A DNA stretch of 64,000 bases from Candidatus Gottesmanbacteria bacterium (GTDB taxonomy: Bacteria > Patescibacteriota > Microgenomatia > UBA10105 > UBA927). The stretch spans positions 454 to 64,453 of the forward strand of contig JAHFKN010000006.1 of assembly GCA_023245355.1 (NCBI GenBank). Direction: 5' to 3'. This document shows, piece after piece, positions 56,114 through 64,000 of this stretch. The translations under genes were made by a program, and so were the position numbers. Under the pieces are notes generated by a model. The model did not search any database and was not told the origin of the DNA. It was given only the letters and a program-made list of their open reading frames with translations. Each line of letters starts with the position of its first letter. The first letter of the stretch is position 1.

Positions 56114-56602
56114 ATGGTGCAGATTGCCAAATTCCTTTTGAACCGAAAAGAACCCCGCATACCGTTTACCCAAACCGGGTACGACAAGATCATTGCGGAG
56201 AAAGCAGCGCTGGAGGCAGAACGGCCGGAAGCAGTCGACCATCTCAAAAAGTCACGGGAAATGGGCGATCTTTCGGAAAACGGATACTACAAAGCATCCA
56301 GGCAGCGTCTCAACTTCATCGATGCGCGCTTACGCCGCGTCAGCCGGCTTATCCGGCTTGCAAAAATCGTTTCGTCCACCGGCGACGGCACGGTGCAGAT
56401 CGGCAGTGTCGTAAAACTGAAAGATGCAACGCGCGAATATGAATACACCGTCGTTGGCGGCTACGAATCCGATCCGTCCCAAAAAACCATCTCGCACATA
56501 TCCCCGTTTGGCCGGGCGCTCATGGGGAAAAAAAACCATGACTCCGTGGAAGTAGTCGCCCCTTCAGGCACTAAAACCTATACCATAACGGATATTTCCT
56601 AA
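56114..56602 (+). CDS. GreA/GreB family transcription elongation factor (second paralog)
   Basis: Acidic-tip motif DLSENGYYKA and a C-terminal FKBP-like domain. The extended -10 TGgTACAAT (56096-56104) lies 9 nt before the ATG. Confidence 0.8.
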   Translation: MVQIAKFLLNRKEPRIPFTQTGYDKIIAEKAALEAERPEAVDHLKKSREMGDLSENGYYKASRQRLNFIDARLRRVSRLIRLAKIVSSTGDGTVQIGSVVKLKDATREYEYTVVGGYESDPSQKTISHISPFGRALMGKKNHDSVEVVAPSGTKTYTITDIS

Positions 56603-56611
56603 ATAAATGGG

Positions 56612-57118
56612 TTATCTGACCGGACGCTCCCACCCGGAAATATCTACCGATGAAATATCCGCGTGAACCCGCAGCGGCCGGAAATCATCAACAAGCGTTT
56701 CAAACGGAAGTTGTATCCTTTTGGATCTTCCGTTAGGATACCGCACCGGTATTTCAGTAAATGTCAGACTACGGCAACCCACAACATGCGCCATAGTTTT
56801 TAACATCGGCTTGGATATAACATCGCCGTACATAGTGCCCGCTCCCTCATCTTTTGCCGCAACGACAAACATTGACAGTAACCGATGACCGATTCCGTTT
56901 TTCCGCAGATTGTCAGGCACACTGAAACTTTCTATATATGCCTCGCGCCCCCTCCTGAACCGCGTCACCACCCCACGGATGCCGCAGCCGTACGGCAACA
57001 CGATTTCAAAATACGGCAATACGTTTCCGGCACTGCGTTCGATGCGTCCGGGTGATTGTACGATTTCGATAAGCTTCATGCGTTCCGCCGCAGAAGCCGA
57101 CACCATCACGGTAATCAT
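56612..57118 (-). CDS. GNAT family N-acetyltransferase
   Basis: Motif A R-x-x-G-x-G (LRKNGIGHRLL). The start is uncertain (MITVMV at 57118 or MKLIEIV at 57076). Confidence 0.55.
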   Translation of the reverse strand: MITVMVSASAAERMKLIEIVQSPGRIERSAGNVLPYFEIVLPYGCGIRGVVTRFRRGREAYIESFSVPDNLRKNGIGHRLLSMFVVAAKDEGAGTMYGDVISKPMLKTMAHVVGCRSLTFTEIPVRYPNGRSKRIQLPFETLVDDFRPLRVHADISSVDISGWERPVR

Positions 57119-57235
57119 GTAATTGCCTGGGATTATACAACCGGACGGCACAGAAATCACTACAGGACGCCCGGTACGCGGCGACAGCCTCACTTCGTGT
57201 TGAGAAACCCCGAATGCTTCTATATACTCACAATT

Positions 57236-57910
57236 GTGAAGAAAAAGAAACGACGTTTACATATTCTGCTTATTATTTTCTTCGTCGGGCTCGGCATATT
57301 TTCCCTCATACGGAACAGACAGCTGCCCAAATCTCCCGATACTGCGTCAGAGCTGACCGCATCACCGTCCGAGAAAACTGAGGCAACGGCATCAGCCGAT
57401 GTCTCCAAACCGATCATCACCTGCCAGAGCACCGTCACAACGCCCGAAACTACCACAGAGCTATATACATACACTTTTGAAAGTAAATTCCGCGCGGATT
57501 ACCGGATAAAAACAAATGACAATCAGGTAAACTATTCCAGCCAGATATATTTTGACGGAGGGAATATTTACGCGTGGAACCCTACCATCATATTCGATCC
57601 AAAGAAAGATACGGTGAATACGTCGGGATTTTTTAAGCGGGCAATTCAGTTTCATTTCGATACCGGAGCTGATGTCCTCAACACAATCACGCGCTTTGAC
57701 AACAGCGGTGTTTCAGGCGTGCATGTGTGCAAAGAACTTGCGCCCTCAGAACCTGTTTTTCAACTCCCCTTTAACATACAGTTTACGGAAGATCCTGATT
57801 ACCTGAAAAAAATCCGGGCAAATATACGGGGTATATGCAAACCCTGCACGCAAATACGGAACGAAGATGCAGCTGCCATGTGCAAAAAAGATCTCGGCTG
57901 TACCCTCTGA
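57236..57910 (+). CDS. Hypothetical secreted/membrane-anchored protein with C-terminal cysteines
   Basis: Probable GTG start (VKKKKRRLHILLIIFF), a signal-anchor, and a C-terminal CxxC...C...C pattern. The long ORF reaching 57056 overlaps the GNAT gene. Confidence 0.4.
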   Translation: MKKKKRRLHILLIIFFVGLGIFSLIRNRQLPKSPDTASELTASPSEKTEATASADVSKPIITCQSTVTTPETTTELYTYTFESKFRADYRIKTNDNQVNYSSQIYFDGGNIYAWNPTIIFDPKKDTVNTSGFFKRAIQFHFDTGADVLNTITRFDNSGVSGVHVCKELAPSEPVFQLPFNIQFTEDPDYLKKIRANIRGICKPCTQIRNEDAAAMCKKDLGCTL

Positions 57911-57972
57911 CGCTTACCGGCAGCACCCCGAGAACACGCGTAATGCGCGGGTTACTGTAAAATTGCGCTCCC

Positions 57973-59169
57973 TTGCGGGATAATACGCATATGACGGTTC
58001 ACAGAAACATCAGACTGCTTTCCTGGTTTAACTTTTTTACCGACTTTAAGCTCTATGCTCCGGTCGCAATTATTTACTTTGCACATGTGACAGGTTCTTT
58101 CGCGCTCGGTATGAGTATTTTTTCCATCAGTATGATTTCTTCCGCGCTGCTTGAGATACCGACGGGAATATTTTCGGACCTGGTCGGCAGAAGAAAAACC
58201 GTTCTGCTCGGGTCACTGTCTGCAATCGCATATTCGGTGTTTTATGCCGTGGGAGGATCGTTCTGGATGCTTGCCGCCGGCGCGACACTGGACGGGTTGT
58301 CGCAGGCATTTTACAGCGGAAACAACGATGCACTTCTTCATGATTCGCTCTCCGAATCCAATAATGAGCATCAATATGACGAATATCTAGGAAAGATCAG
58401 CTCCATGTTTCAGGCAGCGCTCGCAATTTCGGCAATTATCGGGAGCATACTCGCACAGTGGTCGTTCCCGCTCATTATGTGGCTTTCCGTTATCCCCCAG
58501 ATTATTTGCTTTGTGTTAGCCTACCGGCTGACGGAACCCGGCGTGCAGAAAAAAGGAAGCGGAAATATCTATGCCCATTTACGTGAGGCAATACGGAATT
58601 TCATTACCAATAAACAACTCCGATTACTGAGTGCGTCTTCCGTATTCGGATACGGTTTCGGAGAGGCATCGTATCAATTCCAATCGGCATTCTATAATAC
58701 CGTATGGCCCGTGTGGGCAATCGGAATTGCAAAAACACTTTCTAATCTGGGCGGACTGATAAGCTTTCACTTCAGCGGAAAACTTCTGCGAAAGTATAAA
58801 GCGCTTCACATTCTCGTAGCGGACAATCTCTACTGCCGTATTGTCAACACGGTTGCAACCATATTCCCGAGCGTCCTGTCGCCGCTTCTCATGTCTACCA
58901 CCTCGCTCTTTTACGGCGTGACATCAGTCGCCCGAAGTACGCTGATGCAGAAAGAATTTACCCGGGGACAGCGGGCCACTATGGGTTCTCTCAACTCGTT
59001 TGCCGGCAGCCTGTTTTTCGGTGTCGTCGCTTTTCTGATCGGATTTGCTGCAGACAAAGTAAGCCCCGGACGGGCACTGCTGATCCTCCAGATATTTATG
59101 CTGGCTAACTTATTTGTCTATTGGAAGTTGTTCAAACACCAGAAAACCGTTCCGGTAAACCCGGAGTAA
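57973..59169 (+). CDS. MFS transporter
   Basis: 12 predicted TM helices and an MFS loop motif (GIFSDLVGRRKT). Confidence 0.75.
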   Translation: MRDNTHMTVHRNIRLLSWFNFFTDFKLYAPVAIIYFAHVTGSFALGMSIFSISMISSALLEIPTGIFSDLVGRRKTVLLGSLSAIAYSVFYAVGGSFWMLAAGATLDGLSQAFYSGNNDALLHDSLSESNNEHQYDEYLGKISSMFQAALAISAIIGSILAQWSFPLIMWLSVIPQIICFVLAYRLTEPGVQKKGSGNIYAHLREAIRNFITNKQLRLLSASSVFGYGFGEASYQFQSAFYNTVWPVWAIGIAKTLSNLGGLISFHFSGKLLRKYKALHILVADNLYCRIVNTVATIFPSVLSPLLMSTTSLFYGVTSVARSTLMQKEFTRGQRATMGSLNSFAGSLFFGVVAFLIGFAADKVSPGRALLILQIFMLANLFVYWKLFKHQKTVPVNPE

Positions 59170-59173
59170 ATAT

Positions 59174-59887
59174 TTATTGGGGAAGCGTCGCTTCAAACCG
59201 GATACTCCGGTACGTAATCGTACCGACGACGGGATCATCGGCCTCTTTCCCGTTTTTTTGCCTGTCCACTTCATCGAGAATGAGCTCCTGGGATTCCTGC
59301 ACTTCATGCTCTCCGGTGTTCAGGCGGAATACCTGTATGCCACGCGCTTCCAGATCAGCAAGTAATCTGTCCCAATACGGCTGTAACTCATGCGGGTCGT
59401 GCGCCACCAATCCGTCGCGTTTTATCGCCCGCCCTTTTATCGTGTCATCGCTCGCATGAAGATATACCACCATGTCCGGCTTGGGAAACGTGGACAAATG
59501 GTGATCATACAGCCATGAGAGATACGAAAACTGATCGTCACTGATCAGACCCTGATCGTGCAGATATCTGTTATAAATATCGGTAGCCAGCACGCCGCTT
59601 TCACGGAAATGCGGATCCGTAAGCCCCTCGGCTTTGGTATCAAGGATTTCAAGCTGCATAAGCTGTGTGGTTTTGTGCAGCTGATTTTGAAATGCGAATT
59701 TTTTGGGATTTTCCAGAAACAAAGGAAAGACCGGATTGTCGGGCTCGGTATGAACGGAAAATCCGCGGTCCTGCAATGCGCCAAGCAGCGTGGATTTACC
59801 CGAACATGCGGCACCTATGATGGTTATCTGGAACCGAGTATTCGGCTCCGCTTCATGAGTTTCCCTGTCTGTAGGTCTTTCTATCAT
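59174..59887 (-). CDS. Deoxynucleoside kinase (dNK family)
   Basis: P-loop IIGAACSGKSTL and dNK/dCK-like lid and ERS regions. About 237 aa. Confidence 0.75.
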   Translation of the reverse strand: MIERPTDRETHEAEPNTRFQITIIGAACSGKSTLLGALQDRGFSVHTEPDNPVFPLFLENPKKFAFQNQLHKTTQLMQLEILDTKAEGLTDPHFRESGVLATDIYNRYLHDQGLISDDQFSYLSWLYDHHLSTFPKPDMVVYLHASDDTIKGRAIKRDGLVAHDPHELQPYWDRLLADLEARGIQVFRLNTGEHEVQESQELILDEVDRQKNGKEADDPVVGTITYRSIRFEATLPQ

Positions 59888-59987
59888 CGGAATTATTGGG
59901 GATGCAGGATTTGTATCACTATACTACTATTTCGGAATTTGTAAAATACCTTTCTTGCACTTCTCTTCCGTTTGTTATAATCAATCA

Positions 59988-60842
59988 ATGATACAGGCAC
60001 TGCTTCTGGATATTGACGGGGTGATGGTCGGTGAAAAAATCGGGTTTAATTCCCCGTACCCGCATCCTGACGTAACAAACCGTCTTGCAGCTATCCGCGA
60101 CAAAGGAATCCCGGTCATTTTGTGCACCGCCAAGCCGCACTATTCTATCCTGCCGATTATAAAAACTGCGCACCTTGCAAACCCGCACATCACCTATGCG
60201 GGCGGCGTCATTATCGATCCGCTGAACAACGACATACTGGAATCCCATCCGCTGCCGAAACATATAGCTCCGCAGGTTGTGTCCGCGTTCCTTACGCGAG
60301 GATTGTATACTGAGCTCTACACACTCAACGAGTATTACATACTCCGCTCTCAGGCAAACGATTTAACGCGCGTACATACCCATATCCTCCAGCAGGAACC
60401 CGTGCTTAGCGACAATCTGGAAACGATAGCCGGAAAACAGGATATATTCAAAATCATGCCGATCGTACCCGATGAATCAGGAATACCGGCCGTGGAAGAA
60501 GCATTATCGCCGTTTAAAGAATTCCTGGAAATCACCTGGAGTATCCACCCTATTGCCATGCCGCATCAATTCTGCGGCGTAGCGGAAAAGGGAATTTCCA
60601 AACGTCAGGCGGCTATAACCATTCTCTCCCGTCTCAACATCAAACCTGCCGATGTTCTGGGAGTAGGAGACAGTACGAGCGACTGGAAATTTATGGAACT
60701 TTGCGGATATGTTGCGACGCTGGAAAACGGGCAGGATGCGCTCAAAGCGCTCGTCAAAGCCAAAGGTGATGCAGGATTTACCGGCGGACACGTAGATGCA
60801 AACGGAATACTTGCCATCTTTGACCATTTCAACCTCCCGTAA
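59988..60842 (+). CDS. HAD-IIB (Cof-type) hydrolase
   Basis: Motif I LLDIDGV, motif II CTAKPH, motif IV GDSTSD. The extended -10 TGtTATAAT (59972-59980) lies 7 nt before the ATG. Confidence 0.75.
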   Translation: MIQALLLDIDGVMVGEKIGFNSPYPHPDVTNRLAAIRDKGIPVILCTAKPHYSILPIIKTAHLANPHITYAGGVIIDPLNNDILESHPLPKHIAPQVVSAFLTRGLYTELYTLNEYYILRSQANDLTRVHTHILQQEPVLSDNLETIAGKQDIFKIMPIVPDESGIPAVEEALSPFKEFLEITWSIHPIAMPHQFCGVAEKGISKRQAAITILSRLNIKPADVLGVGDSTSDWKFMELCGYVATLENGQDALKALVKAKGDAGFTGGHVDANGILAIFDHFNLP

Positions 60843-60874
60843 ATTTATACGGTTACTCCTGATATAATGATCGG

Positions 60875-61717
60875 ATGCATTGGCTACTATTTGCAGCTGT
60901 TAACGTCTTGGCTTTTTCCGTCGCATCACTCTATCAGAAACTTGCCATGAAAGAAGATGCGAGTGATGCGGTAATCTCATCTATTATTTTTCAGTTTCTG
61001 CTTTCCGGCTTCAGCGCGATTGTCGCTCTTTTTATGGGGTTTCATATACCGCCGTTAAGCTTCTGGCCATATTTGCTAAGCGCCGCATTGTTATATGCCC
61101 TAGGTACACTCTTTGGTTTCCGAGCTATAAAAATCATAGAGGCATCCGAAATGTCGATACTAAGCGGCGCAGGTGTCATCGTCACGATCATCATTTCATT
61201 TTTCTTTTTACACGAGCGGCTTACAATCATGCAACTTACCGGAGCCGCCCTCGTCCTTCTTGCTATTCTGTTAGTCAAATACGAACGGCGTACATTCAAA
61301 ATAAATAAGGGCACCGGTTTTGCGCTTCTTGGAACTGCATGTTATGGCCTGGCAGTTACATTTGATGCGTTTATGCTCAAATCATTTGACGTATTTTCGT
61401 ACATACCGATTATGTCATTCCTCCCGGGAGTTTTACTTATCATAATGTATCCTAAGAAAATTCCGGTTCTCTTCGGGGAAATAAAAAAAATAAATGGTAA
61501 TTTGATTATTTACAGCTTCCTCTATGTCGTGGGCGCGCTTTCGTTTTACGTCCCGATACATAACGGCACCTTAGTATCCCAAATGAGCGTTGTCGGAAGA
61601 GTTACCATCGTTCTTACCGTCGTCCTTGCGGCTATCTTTCTCAAAGAGAGATCCCATGTTGGCAAAAAAATACTAGGTGCTATACTCACGACGGTCGGTA
61701 TTTTTCTGATCAGATGA
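60875..61717 (+). CDS. DMT/EamA family transporter
   Basis: 10 TM helices in two EamA-like repeats. Confidence 0.7.
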   Translation: MHWLLFAAVNVLAFSVASLYQKLAMKEDASDAVISSIIFQFLLSGFSAIVALFMGFHIPPLSFWPYLLSAALLYALGTLFGFRAIKIIEASEMSILSGAGVIVTIIISFFFLHERLTIMQLTGAALVLLAILLVKYERRTFKINKGTGFALLGTACYGLAVTFDAFMLKSFDVFSYIPIMSFLPGVLLIIMYPKKIPVLFGEIKKINGNLIIYSFLYVVGALSFYVPIHNGTLVSQMSVVGRVTIVLTVVLAAIFLKERSHVGKKILGAILTTVGIFLIR

Positions 61718-61718
61718 T

Positions 61719-62552
61719 ATGAAAGACAAATATTCCGCAGTATGGGTATCCCACTCATCGATAAGCGATTACCTCAAGTGTCCGCGTGCGTACTATTTGC
61801 GTAACGTATACCGGGATCCCAAAACCAACCGGAAAATTTCCATTATAGAACCACCCCTTGCGTTGGGACAGGCGGTACACGACACGATCGACACACTTTC
61901 AAAGCTTTCCGCTGGTGAACGGTTCACGACTCCACTCATGGAAACATTTGAAAAAATCTGGACAAACGTCAGCGGCCAAAAAGGCGGGTTCACTGATGCG
62001 GAACAGGAAGAGACGTTTAAAGCACGGGCACGCGATATGATTACCAGGGTTATGACACACCCGGGCCCGCTTGCGCAAAAAGCGATAAAAATCCGCCAGG
62101 AACTCCCCTATTACTGGTTATCAGAGGAAGACAATATTATTCTCTGCGGCAAAGTAGACTGGCTGGAATACAAAGAGGATACGGACACCGTACGCATTAT
62201 CGATTTCAAAACCGGAAAATTCGATGAAGATCCCGATTCATTGCAGCTTCCTATCTATTACCTGCTGACAAGCCACACACAAACCAAACCGATTACCGGC
62301 ATAAGCTATTGGTACTTGGACCGCGATGACGAACCCATCGATATGCAGCTTCCGGATGCCGAGGCGGCGGAAAAGAAAATCCTGGAACTCGCAAAAAAAG
62401 TCGCACTTGCTCGAAAACTCGGACATTTCAAATGTCATGAGGGAGAGTGCCGCGCATGCAGACCGTATGAAGCCGTTCTTTCGGGCAAAGCGACACACGT
62501 GGGCATCAACACATACGGACAGGATCTGTATATTCTCAATACACGGTCATGA
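61719..62552 (+). CDS. PD-(D/E)XK nuclease, Cas4/RecB-like, with a 4-Cys cluster
   Basis: N-terminal Cys (CPRAYY), catalytic motifs (IIDFKTGK; QLPIYY), and a C-terminal C-x4-C-x2-C (CHEGECRAC). Confidence 0.7.
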   Translation: MKDKYSAVWVSHSSISDYLKCPRAYYLRNVYRDPKTNRKISIIEPPLALGQAVHDTIDTLSKLSAGERFTTPLMETFEKIWTNVSGQKGGFTDAEQEETFKARARDMITRVMTHPGPLAQKAIKIRQELPYYWLSEEDNIILCGKVDWLEYKEDTDTVRIIDFKTGKFDEDPDSLQLPIYYLLTSHTQTKPITGISYWYLDRDDEPIDMQLPDAEAAEKKILELAKKVALARKLGHFKCHEGECRACRPYEAVLSGKATHVGINTYGQDLYILNTRS

Positions 62553-62878
62553 ACTTTAAAGATTATCAGCAGAAGGTAAAACAAACGTCCATTTATCCCA
62601 ACCAGGGCAATAACGTGGCGTACGCCACACTCGGACTCGCGGGGGAAGCGGGTGAAGTGGCCGATAAGGTAAAAAAGCTCATCCGCGACTCCAACGGGAT
62701 ATTAACTCCCGAAAAACGGGATGAGATGATCAAAGAGTTGGGTGACGTGTTATGGTACCTTACTGCATGTGCCATAGAACTCGGCGTAAATCTTGAAGAC
62801 GTAGCACAGCGCAACGTACATAAAGTCGAAGACCGGAAAACCCGCGGGGTGCTGTCCGGCGAAGGCGACAACCGCTGA
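62549..62878 (+). CDS. MazG-like nucleoside triphosphate pyrophosphohydrolase (small single-domain)
   Basis: EExGE-type motif LAGEAGEVADKVKK and a second motif ELGDVLWYL. 4-nt overlap with the nuclease gene. Confidence 0.8.
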   Translation: MNFKDYQQKVKQTSIYPNQGNNVAYATLGLAGEAGEVADKVKKLIRDSNGILTPEKRDEMIKELGDVLWYLTACAIELGVNLEDVAQRNVHKVEDRKTRGVLSGEGDNR

Positions 62879-62879
62879 T

Positions 62880-63719
62880 TTATTCCGGTAAAGACAGCAC
62901 GCTCCCCGCGCGCACGATCAACCCGTCTTTGATAAGCCCGCTGATAATTACCCGACACCGCTGTTCATTTCTGCCGTACTGTTTCATGACATCACCGATC
63001 AGCGTTTTTTCCGATGTTCTTTTCTCACGCAGAATATCCAGTATCCTGCCGCGGATAAACCGGTCCGTATCCGCAAACGGAACTGACGTTTTTTTCCGCG
63101 GCGTGTTTGTTGCATTACCCCTCGGCAATTCCAAAGCGCCGTAATCCATAAGCGCCTGATGCCAGCTCCAGGATTTTCCCTTCGGCACTAACTTGGCTGC
63201 AACGTCCAGGATACGTTTCTCTTTTTGTGCCACTCCCCCGAAGAAAAAATGAACAATAATCTGCCGGATATTGGTATCTACCATCGCAACATCATCCTCA
63301 AACGCAAATACCATGATTGCACGTGCCGTGTAGAGTCCTAAACCGGGAAGGCTCATCAGTGCTGATTCGGCATGGGGAAATTCCCCGTGATACGTATGGA
63401 CAACGGATTCTGCGGCACGCTTAAGATACAACGCCCTGCGGTTATATCCCATACCTTTCCACACTCTCAAAACCTGCGCAGATGTTGCGCGGGAAAGTGC
63501 ATACACATCGGGAAAAAAATACAGAAATTCTTCGTATTTGGGCAGCACCCGGGAAACTTGCGTCTGCTGCAGCATCACTTCGGAGATGAGTATGCGGTAC
63601 GGATCCCGGGTCCTGCGCCAGGGCAAATCGCGGCGATGAAGCTCCCACCATGAATATACCATCTCATGAAATGAACGTACCGCACTGGGAGTTGGCTTCA
63701 TGTCGTTTGATTCTATCAC
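62880..63719 (-). CDS. HhH-GPD DNA glycosylase, MutY/Nth-like, lacking the Fe-S cluster cysteines
   Basis: HhH-GPD core (LPGLGLYTARAIMVFAF, ...D). The C-terminal region that normally carries C-x6-C-x2-C-x5-C has no cysteines. Confidence 0.7.
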   Translation of the reverse strand: MIESNDMKPTPSAVRSFHEMVYSWWELHRRDLPWRRTRDPYRILISEVMLQQTQVSRVLPKYEEFLYFFPDVYALSRATSAQVLRVWKGMGYNRRALYLKRAAESVVHTYHGEFPHAESALMSLPGLGLYTARAIMVFAFEDDVAMVDTNIRQIIVHFFFGGVAQKEKRILDVAAKLVPKGKSWSWHQALMDYGALELPRGNATNTPRKKTSVPFADTDRFIRGRILDILREKRTSEKTLIGDVMKQYGRNEQRCRVIISGLIKDGLIVRAGSVLSLPE

Positions 63720-63777
63720 ACCAAATCCCCCGCTTTACGCGGGGGATAGTAATGACATGTTTGGGTACAAATTCCCG

Positions 63778-64000
63778 TTACAGGGCGGGAGTCGGCGTGG
63801 GAGTCGATGTCGGACTTGCAGCTACCGTAACTGTTGCCGTTACCGTCGGAACGACGGGAATGGAAAAGTCCTTTACATTCGTGACTTCCGTGATTGTGTT
63901 CAACGTCCTGTCCCACAGTCCGCGCACACGCACTCTGTGCCCGACTTTCACCTCTGCCTGCGTCATGGTCTCACCTTTCCGGTTCTCGAACTTCGTACTT
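63778..64000 (-). CDS. Partial hypothetical protein (Thr/Pro/Val-rich), running off the window end
   Basis: The reading frame is open to the window boundary. Low-complexity TVTATVTVAASPTSTPTPTP tail. Confidence 0.3.
   Translation of the reverse strand, partial: STKFENRKGETMTQAEVKVGHRVRVRGLWDRTLNTITEVTNVKDFSIPVVPTVTATVTVAASPTSTPTPTPAL

Noticed and set aside
1-64000. CRISPR array, cas operon, integrase/transposase, rRNA.
   Set aside because: No regularly spaced direct repeats were seen. The only repeat clusters are the tRNA-end copies at 31831-31900 and the 16-mer at the sufB/sufD junction. No tyrosine/serine recombinase or transposase motifs occur in any frame. No rRNA-like sequence is present.

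Overview
The window is a gene-dense, mostly housekeeping stretch of chromosome from a bacterium that I cannot place confidently. The combination of a class I lysyl-tRNA synthetase (LysRS), a two-subunit 2-oxoacid:ferredoxin oxidoreductase with ferredoxin, a Suf-only iron-sulfur assembly pathway, many leaderless-type promoters and a T-box leader hints at an uncultivated anaerobic lineage (CPR/Patescibacteria-like or Chloroflexi/Firmicutes-like); this is inference only. About 70 genes can be supported. The main syntenic blocks are: the ftsE-ftsX-M23 peptidase cell-division operon; prfB (no programmed frameshift) with zupT and zur; ruvC-ruvA-ruvB; two paralogous HlyD/ABC-ATPase/FtsX-like efflux modules, the second paired with an OmpR-type two-component system; a P-type cation ATPase flanked by DsbA-like oxidoreductases and a GT39 glycosyltransferase; secA and serS; class I LysRS carrying an unusual C-terminal B3/4-like domain; greA and lon; korAB plus ferredoxin next to a sufCBD-Rieske-sufS-sufU cluster; tRNA-Glu and tRNA-Gln; and a nucleotide-handling cluster (dNK, HAD, EamA, Cas4-like nuclease, MazG-like, MutY-like). 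I found no CRISPR array, rRNA, integrase or transposase. The most interesting signals are these: a T-box riboswitch-like leader (UGGC bulge matching tRNA-Ser) upstream of a phosphoglycerate-mutase-like phosphatase and serS operon; a CIRCE/HrcA operator over the lon promoter; the LysRS-I plus B3/4-like fusion; a Dda/RecD-like helicase split at an A7 slippery tract; tRNA-linked repeat scars at both tRNA genes, with a small islet of hypothetical genes next to tRNA-Glu; a palindromic operator in the zur promoter; and recurrent extended -10 promoters that abut start codons, implying leaderless mRNAs.
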